DNA of 33,033 nt from Verrucomicrobiota bacterium (GTDB lineage: Bacteria > Verrucomicrobiota > Verrucomicrobiia > Chthoniobacterales > UBA10450), in assembly GCA_003219335.1 (NCBI GenBank), contig QHOF01000001.1, forward strand, positions 1,499 through 34,531. The letters run 5' to 3'. The position numbers and the translations under genes are program-made. Below, piece by piece: positions 27,783-33,033 of this stretch (position 1 is its first letter; each line of letters begins with the position of its first letter). Below the pieces are notes generated by a model. It did no database searches. It saw only the letters and a program-made list of their open reading frames with translations, and was not told where the DNA came from.

Positions 27783-29552
27783 TCAGAGGTCGATGACAAC
27801 GTCGCCCCGGGGCTGAGAGCAGCAGATGAGCACATTGCCCTCGGCAGGGATTTCGAGTGGATCGGGCCGGTAATCGACCGCTCCGGCCACGAGTCCGCTC
27901 TCGCAGCGGTGGCACACCCCGGTGCGGCACGACCATCTCACGGGAACATCGCAGGCTTCGGCAAGCTCCAGCAGGCTTCGGTACTTCGGATCCCAGTAAA
28001 TCGAGAGATTGCTGCGCGCAAATGAAACGAGCGGCCCGGTCCCCACGGTCCCGACGGGGGAGTGTGGAAGTCGATGATGGGGATCAACGATGCCCGGCAT
28101 GCTGGATTCGCCAGAGCCGAACACTTCGGTATATATGCGCGCGCGGGGAACGCCCCAGGCTGCGAGATTCGTGCTCACGGCGCGCATGAATGCTGTTGGA
28201 CCGCATAGGTAAAAATCGGCGGTGCGGGGAACATTCAGCTCGTCGAAGCACGCTACCGCCAGATGCCCACGGGCATCGAAATCCGTGCCGAGTCGATCCT
28301 CGGGCGTCGGTCTGCTGTACCAGATTCGGCTCCGGCCATGGGGCAGGAGGCGCAGCAAGGCACGCGACTCCAGGGCAAACGGGTGGTGCCTGGCGTTGCG
28401 GGCGCCGTAAAGCCACCAGATTTCCCGTGTTGAAGGCTTAGCGACCAGCGCGTGCAGTATCGCCAGCACCGGAGTGATGCCGATACCGGCACTCGCCAGG
28501 ACGAGCGGGCGCTCGCCCTGTTTGGGCGTGAAGCTGCCTCGTGGCGCGCTCGCCTCCAGCATGTCGCCAATGCCGATCTGGCGATCGAGATAAGTGCTGG
28601 CCGCACCGGTGATCTCGCATTTAATGCTTATACGGTACTGTGCCGTATTGGGCGCGCCCGAAAGCGAGTAACTGCGCATGAGCGGTAACGCTTCGCGCTT
28701 CGGTTGTAGGCGCAGGACAATGAACTGACCCGGCAGCGGGGTGGCGAGCGGCAGCGCGTCCGCCGGTTCGAACACGAGCGAAATCACATCGATACTCTCA
28801 CGCGTTTTTGCGGTGACACGCATGGGACGGAAGCCCCGCCAGGCGGGCGGCGAGAGCGAGACGTCTGAAGGTGCAAGCCCCGCGTTCCCGCTCGCCGGGC
28901 CGGCGCTGAGTTCTTGCTGAAGCAGAGCCTGGAACGAGTTTTTCCATCCGGCGCTGAGTGCTGGAATGCGCAGCGCGCGCTCGAGTTCTTCGCGGCGATG
29001 GCCGGGGAGGTAGAGCAGCGCATTGACTTGGGCAACGGTCATCCGCTCGGCCCCCGAGGCAACCTTGATGATTTCCTCGCCTGCCTCGACCTCGCCCTCT
29101 TCAAGCACACGGAAGTAAAAGCCGGGCCTGCCGTGGGAGACAAGCAGCGCGGCCATCCTGAGCTCGTTCATCCGGATGCCGATGCGGTAGCAGGTCACAC
29201 GCGGCTGCGTCACCTCGAATAGCGCGCTCCCGATCCGGTACCGGTCACCGATGCACACCTCGTCATCGGGCAGGCCTTCAACGGTGAAGTTTTCGCCAAA
29301 CTGTCCGAAGCTGAAGTCATCCCGGTCAAGTTCCCGCTGCCAGTAGCGGTAGCAATCGATCTGGTAGACGAAGACGGCCCGATGTTCGCCGCCGTGGCCG
29401 ATCAAGTCGCCCTGTTCGTCACCGTCGAGATTGAGCCGACGCGCCATACGCCGGCCCGAAACTGCGCGCTTCCAGACCGCCGTATGGACCGTCTCCCCGT
29501 GCCACGCGATATCGTTTGGAAGACCAACGTTAACCGACAATAGCCGCAACAT
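27783..29552 (-). CDS. MOSC + 3-alpha + FAD/NAD-binding reductase + 2Fe-2S ferredoxin fusion protein
   Basis: HGGEHRAV, FGENFT, QPRVTCYR, GFYFRVLEEG (MOSC/YiiM); RSYSLS, GIGITP, YLCGP (FNR-like); CRTGVCHRC...CC (2Fe-2S). Confidence 0.93.
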   Translation of the reverse strand: MLRLLSVNVGLPNDIAWHGETVHTAVWKRAVSGRRMARRLNLDGDEQGDLIGHGGEHRAVFVYQIDCYRYWQRELDRDDFSFGQFGENFTVEGLPDDEVCIGDRYRIGSALFEVTQPRVTCYRIGIRMNELRMAALLVSHGRPGFYFRVLEEGEVEAGEEIIKVASGAERMTVAQVNALLYLPGHRREELERALRIPALSAGWKNSFQALLQQELSAGPASGNAGLAPSDVSLSPPAWRGFRPMRVTAKTRESIDVISLVFEPADALPLATPLPGQFIVLRLQPKREALPLMRSYSLSGAPNTAQYRISIKCEITGAASTYLDRQIGIGDMLEASAPRGSFTPKQGERPLVLASAGIGITPVLAILHALVAKPSTREIWWLYGARNARHHPFALESRALLRLLPHGRSRIWYSRPTPEDRLGTDFDARGHLAVACFDELNVPRTADFYLCGPTAFMRAVSTNLAAWGVPRARIYTEVFGSGESSMPGIVDPHHRLPHSPVGTVGTGPLVSFARSNLSIYWDPKYRSLLELAEACDVPVRWSCRTGVCHRCESGLVAGAVDYRPDPLEIPAEGNVLICCSQPRGDVVIDL

Positions 29553-29559
29553 AACCGTT

Positions 29560-29729
29560 CCTGGCTTTTTCGAGCTTCACGCCGGCCTTGGCTCCGGCGA
29601 TCACCGCAAAGGTCTTTTCAGAAACCGATGCGGTCACCTTGCCGCCGTGCGCCTCAATCAGGCACTTGCCTTTTCTGAGCGATCGAGAGCCGTACCCGTC
29701 AACACAAAGCTCTGCCTTGCGAAAAATGC
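29560..29729 (-). pseudogene. NAD-dependent DNA ligase BRCT-domain fragment (frameshifted)
   Basis: FFARQSFVLTGT, frameshift, then LIEAHGGKVTASVSEKTFAVIAGAKAGVKLEKAR, the LigA BRCT signature. Confidence 0.8.
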
Positions 29730-29744
29730 GCTCGGCGACTCTTG

Positions 29745-29843
29745 GTTGACCGCGGCCACCTCGAGCGCCGGCTCGTCGATGACCAACTTGAGAATCGCGC
29801 GTCCGATTCGTCCCAGGCCATTGATGGCGATTATGGTGCTCAT
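29745..29843 (-). pseudogene. Glyceraldehyde-3-phosphate dehydrogenase N-terminal fragment (33 codons)
   Basis: MSTIIAINGLGRIGRAILKLVIDEPALEVAAVN (INGxGRIGR Rossmann motif), in frame with the BRCT fragment. Confidence 0.8.
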
Positions 29844-29856
29844 TCTGGAAGCGTGC

Positions 29857-30603
29857 TCAACTCTTCACCACGGTCACCGTAGATACCGTGATTTCCCCAA
29901 GGTAAGCTCGCTGCACTTCAGGGTCGTTTTCCAGTTCCTTGGCGGTGCCCTCGCGTACGATCTCGCCGGTCTCCATCACGTAGCCACGGTCGGCAACGGA
30001 CAGCGCAGCGTGCACGTCCTGCTCGACCAGCAGCACGGTGACTCCCTGGCTGCGGATCTGCGTCATGGTTTCGAGCAGCAAATCGACGACCACGGGGGCC
30101 AGCCCCAGGCTCATCTCGTCCACCATCATCAGCCGCGGCCTGGCCATCAGGGCGCGCGCCATCGCGCACATCTGCTGCTCGCCGCCCGACAGGCTCCCTG
30201 CAAGCTGGCGGCGGCGCCCGGCGAGCGCCGGGAAGAGCCGATAGACGCGCTCCAGATCGTCCTTGATCGCCGTCATGTCCCGGCGCTTGTAGGCGCCCAT
30301 CCGCAGATTTTCTTCAACGCTCATCTGGTCGAAGAGCTGGCGTCCTTCCGGGACCTGCACTAGGCCCATGGCGAAAACCTGGTCCGCGGTGGCGCCGGCA
30401 ATCGACCGGCCATCGAAGCTCATGTCACCCCGCGACGGTATGAGCCTCGAAAGCGCGCGCAGCAAGGTGGTCTTGCCGGCGCCGTTACCGCCGACCATGG
30501 CCACGATCTCGGCCGGCTGGATGTCGATGCTTACGTCGCGCAACACCGGCATTTCGCCATATCCCGCACTGAGCCGCGTGGTCTTGAGCAATGCGTCGCT
30601 CAT
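29857..30603 (-). CDS. livF: Branched-chain amino acid ABC transporter ATP-binding protein
   Basis: GGNGAGKTT, VPEGRQLF, LSGGEQQM, DEMSLGLAP, LLVEQ. Confidence 0.92.
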   Translation of the reverse strand: MSDALLKTTRLSAGYGEMPVLRDVSIDIQPAEIVAMVGGNGAGKTTLLRALSRLIPSRGDMSFDGRSIAGATADQVFAMGLVQVPEGRQLFDQMSVEENLRMGAYKRRDMTAIKDDLERVYRLFPALAGRRRQLAGSLSGGEQQMCAMARALMARPRLMMVDEMSLGLAPVVVDLLLETMTQIRSQGVTVLLVEQDVHAALSVADRGYVMETGEIVREGTAKELENDPEVQRAYLGEITVSTVTVVKS

Positions 30604-31334
30604 TGTCGTTTGTGCCCCAGGTAGGCTTCGATCACTCGCGAGTCGCGCAGCACGTCGTCGGTTCCGCCTTCCATGATCTTCTCGCCGTGATGCAGCACCA
30701 ACACCCGGTCCGAGAGGCTCTTTATCGCTTTCATGACATGCTCGATCACCAGGATGCTGATGCCTTGGTCGCGCACTTTCTTGATGTCCTCGATGACCTC
30801 TTCGATCTCGACGTGATTGAGGCCGGCCATGACCTCATCCAACAGCAAAAGTCGGGGCTTCATGGCGAGCGCCCTCGCCAGCTCCAGCCGCTTGCGATCG
30901 GGGCCGCCCAGCGCATCCGCGTGCTGCGCAATGCGCTTGCCCAGACCGACGAACTCCAGGCATGCGCGGGCTTGTTCGCGCGCGCGCCCGAGATTGCGCT
31001 CGCCGCCGTTCGCGCCGAACAGCGCCCCCACCGATACGTTCTCCAGCACGCTCATACCGGGGAACGGCTTCATGACCTGGAAAGTGCGGCCGATGCCCAA
31101 GTGGGCGCGCCGGTAGGCCGGCACCCCGCGCATCGATTGCCCTTCGAACACGATATCGCCCTCGGTCGGATCGAGTGTACCGTTCACCATGTTGACGAGC
31201 GTGGTCTTGCCGGCGCCGTTCGGCCCGATCAGGCCGAGAATCTCGCCGCGCTTCAGATGGAAGCTGACGTTGCTGACCGCCACCACACCGTGGAAGCGCT
31301 TAATGAGGCCGCTGACTTCGAGAATATTTTCCAT
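30600..31334 (-). CDS. livG: Branched-chain amino acid ABC transporter ATP-binding protein
   Basis: GLIGPNGAGKTT, RTFQ, LLLLDEVMAG, IEHVM, VIEAYLG. Confidence 0.92.
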   Translation of the reverse strand: MENILEVSGLIKRFHGVVAVSNVSFHLKRGEILGLIGPNGAGKTTLVNMVNGTLDPTEGDIVFEGQSMRGVPAYRRAHLGIGRTFQVMKPFPGMSVLENVSVGALFGANGGERNLGRAREQARACLEFVGLGKRIAQHADALGGPDRKRLELARALAMKPRLLLLDEVMAGLNHVEIEEVIEDIKKVRDQGISILVIEHVMKAIKSLSDRVLVLHHGEKIMEGGTDDVLRDSRVIEAYLGHKRQ

Positions 31335-32285
31335 TTACAAGCGGTGCGTCCTGACATTATCGATGAAGTAGCCCCAGCCCATCCGCTTGATGTGCTGAAC
31401 GAGATGGGCGATGCCGCGCGGCATGAACATCACCGCAATGACAATGACGATGCCGAAGAACATGCTGGCGATGCTCGTGACCTTGGTCGCGAGAACTTCG
31501 GAGATGGCCGACAGGATAAACGCCCCCGCCACCGGACCGAGTACGCTGCCCGGGCCGCCGAACACCGCCATGATGATCATCTTGACGTTTAGACCGATAT
31601 CGAACACGCCGACCGGATCGATAAAGGTGATGTAGTAGGCATAAATCCCGCCCGCGAGCGCGGTGAACGCCGCCGAGAGCATGAACGCCAGAACCTTGTA
31701 GAGCGTGGTATTGACGCCCATCACCGCGGCGCCTTCCTCGTTCTCGCGAATGGCAATCAGGCCGAGACCAAAGCGGCTGCGCGAGAGCCAAAAGATGGTC
31801 AGCGTGGCGAGTACCAGGAGTCCCAGCGCCAGTTCGTAGAACAGCACCTCGCTTCTGAGGAGCGGCAAAACCAGTCCGATATTGCTGCCTGCGATCTCGA
31901 GGTTGGAAACGATCGCGGTCATGACAAGAGCAAGGCCGAGGGTGCAAATCGCAAAATAGTGGCCCTTGAGCCGTAGCACCGCTAGCCCCAGCAGCCCGGC
32001 GAACACGACTCCCAGGCCCAGACCGAGCAGCATCCCCACCCAGAACGGCAGGTGGTACTGCACCATTGCAATGGCCACGCCGTAGGCGCCAAGTCCGTAG
32101 AACACCGAATTGCCGAACGACGGATAGCCGGTATAGCCACTGATGATGTTCCAACCCTGCGCCAAGGTCGCCAGCAGAAGGACGTTGATGCCGAACTGCA
32201 CCAACACGGTGTTGCCGATCCAGGGCAGCGCGGCAAGCAGCGCGACGATTACCGCCAGCACTATCCCCCAGGCAGTGCTTTTCAT
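31335..32285 (-). CDS. livM: Branched-chain amino acid ABC transporter permease
   Basis: WNIISGYTG, LRLKGHYFAICTL, AIRENEEGA, GGPGSVLGP. Confidence 0.9.
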   Translation of the reverse strand: MKSTAWGIVLAVIVALLAALPWIGNTVLVQFGINVLLLATLAQGWNIISGYTGYPSFGNSVFYGLGAYGVAIAMVQYHLPFWVGMLLGLGLGVVFAGLLGLAVLRLKGHYFAICTLGLALVMTAIVSNLEIAGSNIGLVLPLLRSEVLFYELALGLLVLATLTIFWLSRSRFGLGLIAIRENEEGAAVMGVNTTLYKVLAFMLSAAFTALAGGIYAYYITFIDPVGVFDIGLNVKMIIMAVFGGPGSVLGPVAGAFILSAISEVLATKVTSIASMFFGIVIVIAVMFMPRGIAHLVQHIKRMGWGYFIDNVRTHRL

Positions 32286-33033
32286 GTCGTTCTGCCGAGA
32301 AGGCCGCTCGGCCGCACATTCAGGATCAGGACCAGAATGCCGAAGCTCGCCACATCCCGGTAAGTGGACCCGATGTAAAGCGCAGTGAGCGATTCAATGA
32401 TGCCCAAGAACAGGCCGCCGACGATCACCCACAGCGGATTGTCGAGGCCACCGATGATCGCTATCACAAACGACTTGGCGGTAAGCGGCCCGCCGATATA
32501 GGGATTGATTTGTGACACGGTTCCATAGAGCCCCCCCGCGACCCCGGCGAGCGCCGCCCCCAGACCGAAGGTCAGTGCGTAAACGCTCTTCGGACTGACG
32601 CCATAGAGCCGCGCAGCGACCCGGTTCTGCGCGGCGGCGCGGATGCCCCGCCCGGTGCGGGTGTGAAGCAGCAACAGCCACATCGCCACCGTGAGCCCGA
32701 TCGCGATCACGAAGACGAGAACCTGCACGTAAGGAATCGTGATGCCGCCGACGGTGTAGTTCGACCCGGCGTAGCCAGGATTGATGGTGCGGAAGTCCGC
32801 CGAGAACCAGAGCTGTGTCAGATAGGTAAGGACCACCTCGATGCCGAAAGTGATCAGCAGGGTGTTGAACATCGGCCCGCGGATCACCAGGTTGAGAACG
32901 CCGCGCTGGATGAGATAGCCGATGGCGAACAGCACTGCCGCCGCAATTGGCAACGCGGCAAAGGGGTCGATGTACGCGCCGGTCACCAGGAAATAAGTGA
33001 CATAGGCGCCCAGCATGATGAGCGCCCCGTGCG
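32282..33033 (-). CDS. livH: Branched-chain amino acid ABC transporter permease (partial; 5' end beyond right edge)
   Basis: The frame stays open to the window edge (HGALIMLGAY...); TRTGRGIRAAAQN, IIGGLDN, RPSGLLG. Confidence 0.9.
   Translation of the reverse strand, partial: HGALIMLGAYVTYFLVTGAYIDPFAALPIAAAVLFAIGYLIQRGVLNLVIRGPMFNTLLITFGIEVVLTYLTQLWFSADFRTINPGYAGSNYTVGGITIPYVQVLVFVIAIGLTVAMWLLLLHTRTGRGIRAAAQNRVAARLYGVSPKSVYALTFGLGAALAGVAGGLYGTVSQINPYIGGPLTAKSFVIAIIGGLDNPLWVIVGGLFLGIIESLTALYIGSTYRDVASFGILVLILNVRPSGLLGRTT

Noticed and set aside
29431..32319. Long ORFs 29431..30363 (+), 30591..31592 (+), 31357..32319 (-)
   Set aside because: Antisense or alternative-frame shadows of GC-rich liv genes.
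1..33033. CRISPR array, tRNA/rRNA, transposase, integrase, phage or defence genes
   Set aside because: None seen on manual reading: no periodic repeats and no recognisable motifs. Small ncRNAs cannot be excluded without a covariance-model search.

Overview
Bacterial accessory 'stress/persistence' region. It lies between a 5'-intact ftsH-type protease gene, which runs off the left edge and is missing from the supplied ORF track, and a branched-chain amino acid ABC transporter operon (livHMGF-like) that runs off the right edge. Intact genes include three universal stress proteins plus one frameshifted copy, a CPA2 antiporter, an M20 amidohydrolase with a UPF0126 membrane protein, cardiolipin synthase, an AlkA-type glycosylase, a TrpRS with an altered HIGH motif, a cytochrome b/Moco oxidoreductase fusion, dodecin, a GH15 glucoamylase, DUF488, a Mg2+ P-type ATPase and a MOSC-FAD-2Fe2S protein. 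The strongest hidden signal is a probable selenoprotein missed by the ORF track (1297..1863): a thioredoxin-fold + TPR-like protein with an in-frame UGA forming a U-G-A-C (UxxC) motif, followed by a SECIS-like hairpin. The second is that many 'intergenic' spacers are short relics of unrelated genes (cupin, rnk, nhaA, RNase II/R, BON, CBS, SPW). These include two chimeric mini-genes (YqjG-N::ADH-C and GAPDH-N::LigA-BRCT) and a CBS domain split by a ~145-bp inversion bounded by 11-bp inverted repeats. All family assignments come from manual motif recognition; no searches or folding were run.
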